The notes under the pieces were generated by a model. It saw nothing but the letters and a program-made list of their open reading frames with translations. It had not been told where the DNA came from and made no database searches. DNA of 64,000 nt. Origin: an uncultured delta proteobacterium. GTDB lineage: Bacteria; Desulfobacterota; Desulfomonilia; Desulfomonilales; Desulfomonilaceae. Positions within the stretch are counted from its first letter, which is position 1. Every line of letters starts with the position of its first letter. The stretch spans positions 160,001 to 224,000 of the forward strand of contig CAWBKB010000003.1 of NCBI GenBank assembly GCA_963789265.1. Reading direction: 5' to 3'. This document shows, piece after piece, positions 42,322-52,629 of the stretch. Made by a program: the position numbers and the translations under genes.

Positions 42322-43113
42322 ATGAATCTCTGCCGTCCCGACAATCAAAAGTCATGTGCCGCGTGTTGCGGCCTGTACAACGTACGTGATGCCACGCGGC
42401 CAACGCTCCGGAAAAACCTCGAAACACGTACGCTTCTTTTCCGTGAAAAGGAGCGGTCTGCGGACGCGATTGAGAAGTATGCCGCTCTGATCCGGCAATC
42501 GGGGAAAGTCCTGCCAATAGATGATGCCATACATGTTTGCGAATTTACAGGTTTTTTAGATGAGGCCTTCAACGTCGTCGGCTGCATGCTTCATCCAAAT
42601 GCACCGGGAAATCGCGGAATAGATCTGAGGGGCCTGTGTCACTACGGTAGCGTGGCCTGCAAGACCTTCTATTGCCCCGCTTGGGATGAACTCGATCCGC
42701 AGCACCGCAGCATTCTCGTAGACGCGATAGATGACTGGCATCTTTATGGATTGGTGATGACTGATGTGGACTTTGTGAGGTCGTTGTTCGGTCTTATAGA
42801 AAAAAGACTGGGACGAGCAGTTCAGCCGCGGTTGTTGTCTTCAGTTCCTACACTGGAAATCTTCAAGCGAATGCTTTCATGGAAGAATACTTGGCCGTTC
42901 GCCGGATCTTCCTCAATGCGCGACAGCCGGTACTACTTCAAGGGATCGTGCTTGTCAGAAGGACTCGGATGTGAAGCGCATTTGGCCCGTTTGCTTGGTA
43001 CCATCAGCTTTACGTTCGGCGCAGACCGCGGGACGGATCGCGCAGAAAATTTCGTGCGGCAAACAGTGGAAGATTTCGTGGCGGCCTATGCCGGCGGATC
43101 GGTAGATTTTTAG
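42322..43113 (+). CDS. hypothetical Cys-motif protein
   Basis: SCAACCGLYN, VCEFTGFLD, GCMLHP, CKTFYCP. Confidence 0.8.
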   Translation: MNLCRPDNQKSCAACCGLYNVRDATRPTLRKNLETRTLLFREKERSADAIEKYAALIRQSGKVLPIDDAIHVCEFTGFLDEAFNVVGCMLHPNAPGNRGIDLRGLCHYGSVACKTFYCPAWDELDPQHRSILVDAIDDWHLYGLVMTDVDFVRSLFGLIEKRLGRAVQPRLLSSVPTLEIFKRMLSWKNTWPFAGSSSMRDSRYYFKGSCLSEGLGCEAHLARLLGTISFTFGADRGTDRAENFVRQTVEDFVAAYAGGSVDF

Positions 43114-43129
43114 GATATTCTATGAACGG

Positions 43130-43383
43130 AAATCAATGCGTCGTCATAGAGGTGACAAGCCTGGGCAAAATGTGGGGGCATCCCGAGCGGAACGCGGGAC
43201 TGCCCGCCATCCGTCGCCCCGGACTCGGATCTGGGCATGGTAGGGGCGAATGACATTCGCCCTGGGCGACCGGCGGTCGCCCCTACATTGCCCCGCGTAC
43301 GCGGCAGAACGACACGCGGGGGCGGGTTTGAAACCTGCCCCTACTGGAACCAGGTGTCACTTGCTTGAAAACGAATCGTCATA
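43130..43383. repeat. composite REP element
   Basis: GTAGGGGCGAATGACATTCGCCC-TGGGCGACCGGCGGTCGCCCCTAC; end TCACTTGCTTGAAAACGAATCG. Confidence 0.85.
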
Positions 43384-43489
43384 AGACTCATCCAGGGATT
43401 CTTATGAATAATAGTTAATCTATATCAATAAGTTATAATAATAAGCTCAACTCTTAGTGAAGAATTTCAATAAACCGTACTAAAAATGC

Positions 43490-43518
43490 TTGACCCCTGT
43501 CAGGCGATCCTGTATTGT
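43490..43518 (+). promoter_or_regulatory. putative sigma70 promoter
   Basis: TTGACC-N17-TATTGT, with an AT-rich stretch upstream. Confidence 0.5.
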
Positions 43519-43588
43519 TATTTCACCGATATCTTCGGACAACGAAGTGTGCGTTTGGGGGCCCCAGTAGCGGGCTTCTTTGGAGAGT

Positions 43589-43969
43589 ATGGACATGCGT
43601 CGAGGCTTTCTCATCGCCGTGTCTGCTATTGCAGTCGTGGCAGCCATTGCGGCTTTCCCCCTACAAGTCGCGGCGTACATGCCTCCCCCGGACCCCTGCG
43701 AACTGGTCCCGATGACTTACGGACCACCCTCACCGCCGACCTGCGCGGCGCCTCCGCCACCGCATTATTGCGGTTCATGCCCTCCTTATAGGTGTTACCC
43801 CCCGAAACTGGTGGGGCCACCCCCCTGCCCTGTAGTGGTCTGCAATTGCTCCTGCCCCACACCTGCAGCTTACAGAATAACACCTTGTCCTCCTTGCCCC
43901 CCGCCCCCATGTACCCCGGTGTGTGGGCCTCCTGCCTGCTCTCCCCCGGTTTGCGGTTATCCCCGTTAA
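43589..43969 (+). CDS. secreted Pro/Cys-rich small protein
   Basis: Signal MRRGFLIAVSAIAVVAAIAAFPLQVAA; mature part has 15 Cys and CPP/PPC repeats; own promoter and GGAG RBS. Confidence 0.8.
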   Translation: MDMRRGFLIAVSAIAVVAAIAAFPLQVAAYMPPPDPCELVPMTYGPPSPPTCAAPPPPHYCGSCPPYRCYPPKLVGPPPCPVVVCNCSCPTPAAYRITPCPPCPPPPCTPVCGPPACSPPVCGYPR

Positions 43970-44346
43970 CGGGCCCGTACCGACGCCTATAGTGAATAGA
44001 GCCTCAACTTCCCACAGCAATCGATCTAGCCGAAATCACTACTCCATGGGGTTCTGATTCCCAAGCATCGCGGGGAAATTCCGCGGTACGCGGGACTATG
44101 CCCGCAACTGCCTTTGTTTGGCTGACATAGTCGAGGCAGAGTCCGTGAACGAAAAATCCTGAGCAGTGGCACAAGGTTGTCGCGATATCTCGGCGGATGT
44201 TTACTCTTTTATTCCGAATGTTATTGAAAAGATATCAAGTATTATGTTATTATTAACCGTAATGTTCCGCTGTCACTACTATTTGTAATGATACTCTGTG
44301 TCACAGGACACGGTACGATTGACTCTGAAAAGAGGCTCTCAGGGCG

Positions 44347-46983
44347 TTGCGAGTAAAAGCATCACATAAACATACCCTTGTAAGGGACATCCCCTCGACC
44401 GGGCGCCCCCCTTCGCGTACTCATGGTAGCGAATTCGCCGCAATCATCTTTTTTGCCCTGGCCTTGTTTCTGGTGTTGTGCCTCATTTCCTACGACCCCC
44501 GAGATCCGTCGCTGAATGTGGCCACCACGAGGCCCCACGTCTCAAACCTGTGCGGGTTGGTCGGGTCTTACGTGGCCGATGCCATGGTACAGCTACTGGG
44601 AGTTTCTGCCCTGCTGATCCCGCTTGGCTTGGTGGTGCTGGCCCTGCGAGTTTTCGTGCCACCCCGCGTCCCGCTGAGAGGACCCGAATCAATCAGCATA
44701 ATTCTCCTGATTTCTGGAACTTCCACGCTTCTGGAACGTTTCGGCATAGGTCCTGTTCTGAAATTCCCCACTGAGGATGCCGGAGGGGCTGTGGGAGCTC
44801 TTCTTCACAGGACCTCGCTAAAATTCCTTGGCAGCGGAGGAGAGATCGTACTAAGCTTAACCCTTGTCCTGCTCTGCGTTTTGCATCTCTCCAAAATGTC
44901 CCCAAAGAGGACTGTTCGGCTGGGAGCTAGAATCGTTAGGGGATCGGCCAAGATGCTGATATGGGGCTGGAAAACTCTCAAACACCTTTGGGCCGGGCCC
45001 AGTCGCCGGAGCGTGGATTCTTGGGAAGAGCAAACTTGTCCCGGCTTCGCCGACGACTTGGATTATTCAGATGTCGTTCTGCCGAAGATCGGTCAGCGCG
45101 TGAAGCGTCAGGCCGAAGAGGCCGACATGGAGGTCGCGCATCGGTCCCAGTCGCCAGAGATATCCTCAGCATCCAGCGGTAATGGAAAATCAACTCGATC
45201 CTACACAGCCCCCAAGGCATCGGCCGAGGTTTCCGATGTTGAGCGAGAGAATCTAAGACAGGATTCCGAAACTGCTCCTCCCGGGCCTTTCCCCTGGCAA
45301 GCGTTGCAGGGGGTCGAAAGACCTGTGACTTTTGGAGCCATGGAACAAGCCATAGAAGAGTATCTGAAAGACCGACTGTCGGCCGGGGATCGTAGAGAAG
45401 CCCGAGCCCCGGCAATGGCGACCGGGAAACCGGACTCTCAGCGCTTAAGACCCATACGGGTTACCAAACGAGCGGATGAAGATATCCCGCGGGCCGCGAC
45501 TAAAAGCGACAGCGGCTCCGCGGACGGCGACTACATGCTCCCGTCGATTGATCTTCTGGACAAGCCCGCGACCTCCGGGCGCACAATTGACGAAAAACTC
45601 CTGGAACGGAACGCTGTGATCTTAGAACAGAAGCTGTCGGATCTTGGCGTGCAAGGCAAAGTTGTGGAGATCCATCCCGGTCCGGTCATTACCATGTACG
45701 AACTGAGCCTGGCATCAGGTATTCCGCTTCGGAAAGTACTCAGCACCTCGGATGACCTCGCCATGGCGCTCAAATCGGGGTCCACACGCGTCGTGGCGCC
45801 GATCCCCGGTAAAGCTACAGTGGGTATCGAGGTCCCCAACCTGAATCGAGAGATTGTCTATTTTAGGGAAATCATTGAATCGCCCGCGTTCATGGAGTCG
45901 AGCGCTCCGCTGAAAGTCGCCTTGGGCAAAGGCATTGACGGCGAACCTTTCGCCACGAGTCTTGCCAAGATGCCGCATCTTCTCATAGCCGGCGCAACGG
46001 GTACCGGCAAGTCAGTGGGTTTGAACTGCCTGATATGCTCGTGGCTCATGTCCTGCCACCCCGATGACCTGAAGTTCCTCATGGTGGATCCCAAAAAGCT
46101 TGAACTTTCTTACTATCAGGATATTCCGCACTTGCTCCATCCGGTGGTAACCGAGCCGGAAAAGGTCCCCAAGGTCCTGAGTTGGGCCATCAGAGAGATG
46201 GAACGGCGTTACGATCTGCTTAGCAAGGCAGGGGCAAAGAATATTGAAGGATACAATCAACTCGTGCGTTCCATGGAAGTCCCTGACGATCCGATAGGCC
46301 CTCCGGCTGAAAAGCTGCCTTACATCGTAATCATTGTGGATGAGCTCGCGGAACTCATGATGGTGGCTGCCAAGGACATTGAGATTTCCATCGCCCGCTT
46401 GGCCCAGATGGCCAGAGCCGCGGGTATCCATCTTATCCTTGCCACTCAGCGGCCGTCCGTTGACGTGATCACCGGTGTCATCAAGGCTAATTTTCCCGCC
46501 CGGCTCTCGTTTCAGGTGTCGGCCAAGCCTGATTCTAGAACCATCCTGGACACAGTTGGGGCGGAAAACCTTTTGGGAATGGGCGACATGTTGTTTCTTC
46601 CTCCGGGAACGGCCAAGATGCGACGCCTCCACGGAGCATACGTGTCAGAAAGAGAAATCCGCAAGATAGTCGATTTCATTAAGGCTCAGCGCTCTCCAGT
46701 TTATCTGCAGGAGATTACGAAACACGTCTCTGAAGATGATTCAAAGGCCGCGGGCTCCGATCTGATCGACGACGCGAAGTACGATGAGGCAGTGGAATTG
46801 GTCACCAGGCTGGGCCACGCGTCCATCTCTCTGATCCAACGCCACATGCGCATTGGCTACAATCGCGCGGCCCGGATTATCGAAGCCATGGAGTCTGAAG
46901 GGCTTATTGGTCCTTCAGATGGCACCAGCCGCCCGAGGGAAGTAATGGCACGATCTTTGGAATCCATACCCGATAACGGATAA
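44347..46983 (+). CDS. ftsK: DNA translocase FtsK
   Basis: 4TM N-domain, PHLLIAGATGTGKS, IVDELAELM, ATQRPSVDVITG, gamma domain IGYNRAAR. Confidence 0.96.
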   Translation: MRVKASHKHTLVRDIPSTGRPPSRTHGSEFAAIIFFALALFLVLCLISYDPRDPSLNVATTRPHVSNLCGLVGSYVADAMVQLLGVSALLIPLGLVVLALRVFVPPRVPLRGPESISIILLISGTSTLLERFGIGPVLKFPTEDAGGAVGALLHRTSLKFLGSGGEIVLSLTLVLLCVLHLSKMSPKRTVRLGARIVRGSAKMLIWGWKTLKHLWAGPSRRSVDSWEEQTCPGFADDLDYSDVVLPKIGQRVKRQAEEADMEVAHRSQSPEISSASSGNGKSTRSYTAPKASAEVSDVERENLRQDSETAPPGPFPWQALQGVERPVTFGAMEQAIEEYLKDRLSAGDRREARAPAMATGKPDSQRLRPIRVTKRADEDIPRAATKSDSGSADGDYMLPSIDLLDKPATSGRTIDEKLLERNAVILEQKLSDLGVQGKVVEIHPGPVITMYELSLASGIPLRKVLSTSDDLAMALKSGSTRVVAPIPGKATVGIEVPNLNREIVYFREIIESPAFMESSAPLKVALGKGIDGEPFATSLAKMPHLLIAGATGTGKSVGLNCLICSWLMSCHPDDLKFLMVDPKKLELSYYQDIPHLLHPVVTEPEKVPKVLSWAIREMERRYDLLSKAGAKNIEGYNQLVRSMEVPDDPIGPPAEKLPYIVIIVDELAELMMVAAKDIEISIARLAQMARAAGIHLILATQRPSVDVITGVIKANFPARLSFQVSAKPDSRTILDTVGAENLLGMGDMLFLPPGTAKMRRLHGAYVSEREIRKIVDFIKAQRSPVYLQEITKHVSEDDSKAAGSDLIDDAKYDEAVELVTRLGHASISLIQRHMRIGYNRAARIIEAMESEGLIGPSDGTSRPREVMARSLESIPDNG

Positions 46984-47035
46984 GAATTTCCAATATTTAT
47001 AGCTGCCAAAAATTTTGTCCAATTTTCCCTGCAAA

Positions 47036-47116
47036 ACGCGGGGTCACCCCGGACTCCGATCCGGGTGTAGGTTCGGGCCGTGCCCGACGCAATATGGCGG
47101 CCACAGGCCGCCCTAC
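47036..47116. repeat. REP-like fragment between convergent genes
   Basis: CCCCGGACTCCGATCCGGG, GGCGGCCACAGGCCGCCCTAC. Confidence 0.6.
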
Positions 47117-47889
47117 CAATCCGGCTTGTCCATTCCCCTACAGAGTGCCAGAGCATTTTCTCCCAGGACGTGAATGTTGTACCCGCCTTCCAGGACGGCA
47201 AAGTATTGTCCGTTACATCGGGCCACAGCGTGGTCCCGAACACTTCTCCCGATAGTAAAGTAGTCTTCGGTGGTCAGGGTGCCGCCCCAATCTTGCACAT
47301 GCCTGTCGAAACCCGCGCTTATGGCGATTATGTCGTACTCGTTGGAGACCAAGGCCCTGTCAACATTTTCCAGAAAAGGCCGCCTGCTGTCGTCCTGGAT
47401 ATTGGCCACGACAACTTCTTTTCTGTCCCTGAAAAAGTTGTCCGTGCCGTCTCCGAAATGCAGGTCAATATCCAGGACAAGGGCCTGCGAGATTTTTCGG
47501 GTTCTGATAAGCTTTTCCAGTGCAATGGCAACATTGTTAAAAAAACAAAATCCCCAGTGGCTATCCGGACTCGCATGGTGTCCCGGCGGTCGAACCGCCG
47601 CGAAGGCAGACTGCCCGTGACAGGCCAATTCCCCGGCCATAAGCGCGCCTCCCGCTGCCATAGCGGCCGCCTGATACAGTTCCGGATGGGTCTTCACTGA
47701 ATTCAGAATGGACGGGCTGTGCACCATGAGTATGTCATCTTCAGACGCGGCTGATGGCTGGACAACCGGATAATGCGTTTTGAGGACATTCACGATGGAG
47801 ACCACTCTCGCCGGGGTCTCGACTGACGCTGTCGGATAATCGGTCAGGTACACGTCGTGATAAATGACCTTGAGTGTATTCGATTTCAT
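47113..47889 (-). CDS. histone deacetylase family protein
   Basis: RPPGHHA, GFCFFNN, DIDLHFGDGT, SAGFD, LEGGY. Confidence 0.93.
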   Translation of the reverse strand: MKSNTLKVIYHDVYLTDYPTASVETPARVVSIVNVLKTHYPVVQPSAASEDDILMVHSPSILNSVKTHPELYQAAAMAAGGALMAGELACHGQSAFAAVRPPGHHASPDSHWGFCFFNNVAIALEKLIRTRKISQALVLDIDLHFGDGTDNFFRDRKEVVVANIQDDSRRPFLENVDRALVSNEYDIIAISAGFDRHVQDWGGTLTTEDYFTIGRSVRDHAVARCNGQYFAVLEGGYNIHVLGENALALCRGMDKPDW

Positions 47890-47922
47890 TGTTTATCCCC
47901 CTCCGCTTGGTCCAGCAAAAAT

Positions 47923-48675
47923 TTATGATCCGTCGGTCAGCCCTATCCACCGCTTCACAAGCACTTCCGGCCAGGCTGCGGCCATGATCGAAGCGATTCT
48001 TCCGGCGTCTCCCCGAATTTTTGGGCTCAGAAAAGGGAGCCCAACTACGGGCACATCATCCGCGAGATAAGCCAAGTCGTCCAGGGTAAATTCCTCTTCC
48101 GGGCCGGCAAGCGAGGATTCGGAACAGGAGAGAACCACCCCTGCAATGGGTATCCCGCGTTCCTTGAGCGCGTGCAGGCTTAGCAAGGTGTGATTAATAG
48201 TCCCCAATCTCGTTCGCCCCACAAGCAGACTGGAATACCCAAGCCTTTGGGCGAGGTCGATCATCATGAGTCTGCCTTGAATCGGAACCATCAGTCCCCC
48301 CGCACCTTCGACCACGGTCAGATCTGCATCCTCGGTCAGGGCACGAACATGCTCCTCCACATCGGCCATATTAAGACCACATCCCTCCATCGCGGCGGCT
48401 CTAGCAGGTGAGGCAGGCAAAGAGAATCGAAAAGGCACACATTCATCCAAAGAGAGATCATTTTCCGCGGCTTCGGCAAGAAATGCACCATCTTCAGGGA
48501 ACAATACCCCGGAGCGCACCTGGCAGCCGGTCTCCATCGGTTTGACCGCGATGGCACGAATACCTGCATTTCTCGCCAGTCTTACCAGGCCTGCCGCAAC
48601 GATAGTCTTGCCCACACCAGTGTCGGTGCCGGTTATGAATAATCCTCTTTTTCGGTAAGCGTGTGAGGAAGTCAT
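47923..48675 (-). CDS. bioD: dethiobiotin synthase
   Basis: FITGTDTGVGKT, VEGAGGLMVP, LGTINHTLL. Confidence 0.95.
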   Translation of the reverse strand: MTSSHAYRKRGLFITGTDTGVGKTIVAAGLVRLARNAGIRAIAVKPMETGCQVRSGVLFPEDGAFLAEAAENDLSLDECVPFRFSLPASPARAAAMEGCGLNMADVEEHVRALTEDADLTVVEGAGGLMVPIQGRLMMIDLAQRLGYSSLLVGRTRLGTINHTLLSLHALKERGIPIAGVVLSCSESSLAGPEEEFTLDDLAYLADDVPVVGLPFLSPKIRGDAGRIASIMAAAWPEVLVKRWIGLTDGS

Positions 48676-48691
48676 GCTTTGACGGCTTTCC

Positions 48692-50039
48692 CTACCTGTC
48701 GCCGCAGGTCTCAATTATGGATCGTGCCGTTGCCGAAACTAGCAATTCTATTTCCTCCGCGCTGATCGATAGCGGGGGCATTAGTACCACAACATCACCG
48801 AGGGGCCGGAGAATCACCCCATATTTTCTAATATGTTCGGCAACTTGTGCCCCCATCCTCAACTCCGGGGGATAATCGGTACGTAGCGTGGTGTCCTCTA
48901 TCAGTTCTATGCCCACCATGAAGCCGCGCTGTCTGATCTCGCCAACATGATGCAAGGGTTCAATCTCGGCCGCAAGACGCTCTCCCAGTAAGCCTATCTT
49001 CGGTTGAATCGCTTCCAAAGTGTTTTCCGACTCGAATATATCCAGGCATGCACAGGCTGCTGCGCAAGCCAGGGCATTACCGGTGTAGCTGTGGCCGTGG
49101 AAGAAGGTCTTGTATTCCGTATGCGGTCCGAGAAAAGCGCGGTATATCTCATCAGTCACCAATGTGGCGGCCAACGGCAGATATCCTCCTGACAAGCCTT
49201 TGGCCAAAGCCATCATGTCCGGATGAACCTCCTCATGCTCGCAGGCAAACATCTTCCCTGTTCTCCCGAACCCTGTCGCAACTTCGTCACAGATCAGAAG
49301 AATCCCGTGTTCGCGGCAAATCTCTTCAAGTCCTTTTAGAAAGCCGGCCGGATGGACAATCATACCCGCGGCTCCTTGAACTAGAGGCTCCACCACAAGT
49401 GCGGCTATCTCGTCGGCCCTTTGTTCGGCCATTGCGCGAAAATTACGGAGAGACTTATCGCGGCATTCTTCCGGCGTTGACTCATGGCAGCGGTACGGGA
49501 AAGGAGTTGGAATCGTGAGGGTTCTGGAAAAGAAGCGGATGAAAGATGCTGTGGAACAGATCTATGCCGCCGAGACTCACCGAGCCGATGGTATCTCCGT
49601 GATATGCCTGGGACAGAGTGGCAAACAGCCTCTTTTTCTCGAATCCGAGGTTTCGCCAGTATTGGAACGCTATCTTGAGCGCTACTTCAACAGCGGTGGA
49701 GCCCGAATCTGAATAGAAAACCCTGTTCAAGCCCTCAGGTGTGATCGCCACCAGCTTTTCCGCCAACTCTATGGACGGGACCGCGGCCAGCCCAAGCAGG
49801 GTCGAGTGGGCCAACTTGCCGAGTTGCATGATGATAGCGAGGTCTATAGCCTCCTTGCGATGCCCGTGGACATTCACCCATAACGAAGAAACACCATCCA
49901 GGTACCTTCGACCTTCTGTGTCGATCAGGAAATTCCCTTCGGCCCTTTCTATTACCAGAGGTTGAGATTGAAGCCATTCTTCCATCTGGGTAAAGGGGTG
50001 CCAGATATACTTCTTGTCCAGTTCAGGCCAGTTCTTCAC
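48692..50039 (-). CDS. bioA: SAM:8-amino-7-oxononanoate aminotransferase (apparent +1 indel ~49523)
   Basis: [64 protein letters not shown]. Confidence 0.93.
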
Positions 50040-50204
50040 TGAATAGTCCTCAAAGCTCGGGTGCAGGCCATTTTCCGCGCGTGGAATGTGTGGCAAGAAG
50101 CGGGAATCCATGCCGCCCAGATCAAACCGCACTGTCCCCGCGAAATCAGTCCTGCCCGCCGGATGATTCCAATTGATAGCAGAGTACGCCCCGATCCGCT
50201 CCCC

Positions 50205-51326
50205 TCAATCGGGAGCGGCCGCGCCTTGAAGAGGTTTGTCTTTGCTCAACAGCGGTCCGGTGGATATTTCTTTCAAGCCCTCTACCGCTTCGGACAGCCC
50301 GTCCGCAGAACACTTCTCGGATTCATTGGCGAACATTGCCTGGTCGAACCGAAAATCACTTGTAAGGTAGGATACAAGCCCGAGAGCCAAGCATAACACA
50401 AAGCTGAACAAGTGATAGACTGTTGCAAAAGATACGGCCACCACAGCGCTTATTCCGAAAAGGGTCAAAGCATAACGACATGCCGCATGAAATGTTCCGA
50501 TGAAGCCGGGCGCGGATGGGAGGGCTACCCCCAGACAGATGAAGACCTGTATCGTAACCGCCACTAGAAAAGGAGCCTTAATCGAAAAGGCCAGCAAGAA
50601 GAGATAAGTCAAGAGTGAAAAAACGAACCACAGCATCACGGAACAGGCGAAGAGTATTATGGCCTGTCTAAAGCTGGCCATAATCCCGAAGCCGTCCAAA
50701 AGACGTTGAAAGATTCCCTCCAAGAAGCCGGCGGCCGTTGCAGGCAACCACGATAAGAGCCTGTGCACGATCCGATCTGCCTTTTCCCTTTGTGCCAAGG
50801 CCAGTAGAACCAGCACGTATCCCGCCGCAAGCATAAGTAGCAGGGTTTGCCCAAGTAAGGAATAGATTCTGGGTACTTGGGGCGTGGTCCATAGCACAAG
50901 TCCCATCAGCACCAAAAGCCCCGAAAGGTCGAAAAACCGCTCGACCATTACCGCTCCGACACCGCTGGTAAAAGAGGCGCCTCTGGTGCGCAGCAGGTAC
51001 GGCCTGACCAACTCCCCTAGCCTCGCAGGCATGATCATGCTTGCCGCAGCCCAAAGGTTGAGGAGATCCCAGAGATCTTTTAAGGATAGACGACAGATAG
51101 GACGAAGGATCAGCCCGAAACGAAGGGCTCTTGCGAGCTGGGCGAAAATCACGAGAAGCGCGCACGGCAGGAGATAAAGGGGCTTCATCTGTCTCAGGCC
51201 GCTTACGAAGTCCTGCCATGAGATGTCCCGGAAGGCCAGATACAGAAAGAACATTCCCAGAGCGGTCCCGGCTGCCACAAACAAAAAGCGCTTGACGTTT
51301 CGGCTCCTTGAGCTATAGCTGGCCAT
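50205..51326 (-). CDS. UPF0104 / lysylphosphatidylglycerol synthase TM (flippase-like) protein
   Basis: [28 protein letters not shown]. Confidence 0.9.
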   Translation of the reverse strand: MASYSSRSRNVKRFLFVAAGTALGMFFLYLAFRDISWQDFVSGLRQMKPLYLLPCALLVIFAQLARALRFGLILRPICRLSLKDLWDLLNLWAAASMIMPARLGELVRPYLLRTRGASFTSGVGAVMVERFFDLSGLLVLMGLVLWTTPQVPRIYSLLGQTLLLMLAAGYVLVLLALAQREKADRIVHRLLSWLPATAAGFLEGIFQRLLDGFGIMASFRQAIILFACSVMLWFVFSLLTYLFLLAFSIKAPFLVAVTIQVFICLGVALPSAPGFIGTFHAACRYALTLFGISAVVAVSFATVYHLFSFVLCLALGLVSYLTSDFRFDQAMFANESEKCSADGLSEAVEGLKEISTGPLLSKDKPLQGAAAPD

Positions 51327-52263
51327 GCGAACTCCCCAGTTCCCGGCGAAAGTAAGCAATGGTCGCCTTCAGGCCCTCTGTCAAAGACACCTCGGGGACC
51401 CAGCCCAATTTACCTTTTGCAAGAGTGATGTCCGGTCTGCGCCTTGTCGGATCATCTTCAGGCAGAGGCTTGTAGACGATTTCGGAACCTGTGGCGGGTA
51501 TCATTTCTAAGATCATCCTTGCCAAATCCTTAACGGTCACCTCGTGAGGGTTGCCCAAGTTTATCGGGCCGGGCTCAGAGCTTTCCATAAGACGTATGAG
51601 GCCGTCAACCATGTCGGAGACATAGCAAAAAGATCGGGTTTGCATGCCGTTGCCATACACGGTTAAATCGTCGCCTCGGAGCACCTGGCAAATAAAATTA
51701 CTTATCACTCTGCCATCATTTGGAAGCATTCGGGGACCGTACGTATTGAAAATGCGTGCTATGGCCACATTGACGTTGTTGTAGTCACGGTATCCCACCA
51801 TCAAGGTCTCGGCAGCACGCTTACCTTCATCATAGCACGCCCTGGGGCCCACTGGGTTTACATTCCCGTGGTATGTTTCCACTTGAGGATGAACCTCCGG
51901 GTCACCATATATCTCGGAAGTCGAGGCAAGCAAGATTCTGGCCTTGATGCGTTTCGCCAAGCCGAGCATGTTCAGTGTCCCCAGGACCGAGGTCTTCAAG
52001 GTCTTGATAGGGTTACCCTGGTAATGGACTGGGGATGCCGGACAAGCTAAGTGATAGATCTGATCGGCCTCGAGCAAAATGGGCGTGACGACATCATGGC
52101 GAATGTACTCAAAGTTTGGCTCGCCCATGAACGGAAGAATGTTTTTCTTGCTTCCCGTGAAGAAATTATCCAAGCACATTACAGCGTGTCCTCGGGCGAG
52201 GAGCGCTTCAACCAGATGGCTGCCGATAAAGCCCGCGCCACCTGTGACAACGACATTTTTCAT
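51313..52263 (-). CDS. UDP-glucuronate decarboxylase (UDP-xylose synthase)
   Basis: [52 protein letters not shown]. Confidence 0.93.
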   Translation of the reverse strand: MKNVVVTGGAGFIGSHLVEALLARGHAVMCLDNFFTGSKKNILPFMGEPNFEYIRHDVVTPILLEADQIYHLACPASPVHYQGNPIKTLKTSVLGTLNMLGLAKRIKARILLASTSEIYGDPEVHPQVETYHGNVNPVGPRACYDEGKRAAETLMVGYRDYNNVNVAIARIFNTYGPRMLPNDGRVISNFICQVLRGDDLTVYGNGMQTRSFCYVSDMVDGLIRLMESSEPGPINLGNPHEVTVKDLARMILEMIPATGSEIVYKPLPEDDPTRRRPDITLAKGKLGWVPEVSLTEGLKATIAYFRRELGSSHGQL

Positions 52264-52479
52264 TAGGATTGGCTCCCAGGTGCTTGCAAATGAGCCCCAG
52301 TATCCGATACACGAGAGATTATGTCAATCGTCATGACAGGCTGCTATCGCGGGCTGCTGCACCGTACGCGTACAGAACGGTTCAGCTTCATTGTGTGGTT
52401 GCCTCGGATAGTTTGCCGGGCGTGCGGCTGAATTGAAGCTGAAGTCAGGACAGGCTGAGCCCGATAGTAAGAGGTGGGA

Positions 52480-52505
52480 TGCCGGGGGAGCGCTGCCCCC
52501 CGGCA
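52480..52505. terminator. GC hairpin downstream of the Cys-rich gene
   Basis: TGCCGGGGG-N8-CCCCCGGCA. Confidence 0.45.
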
Positions 52506-52629
52506 ATTGATGCAGTAATTTTCTTGGGTCAGGTTTTGATTGTTTTGTACCGCTCTTTGTGCCGGTACGCTGACTTCGATGAGCTATTAATATCTATTCC
52601 CACACCTTCCACAAACAAACCAAAAGGCA

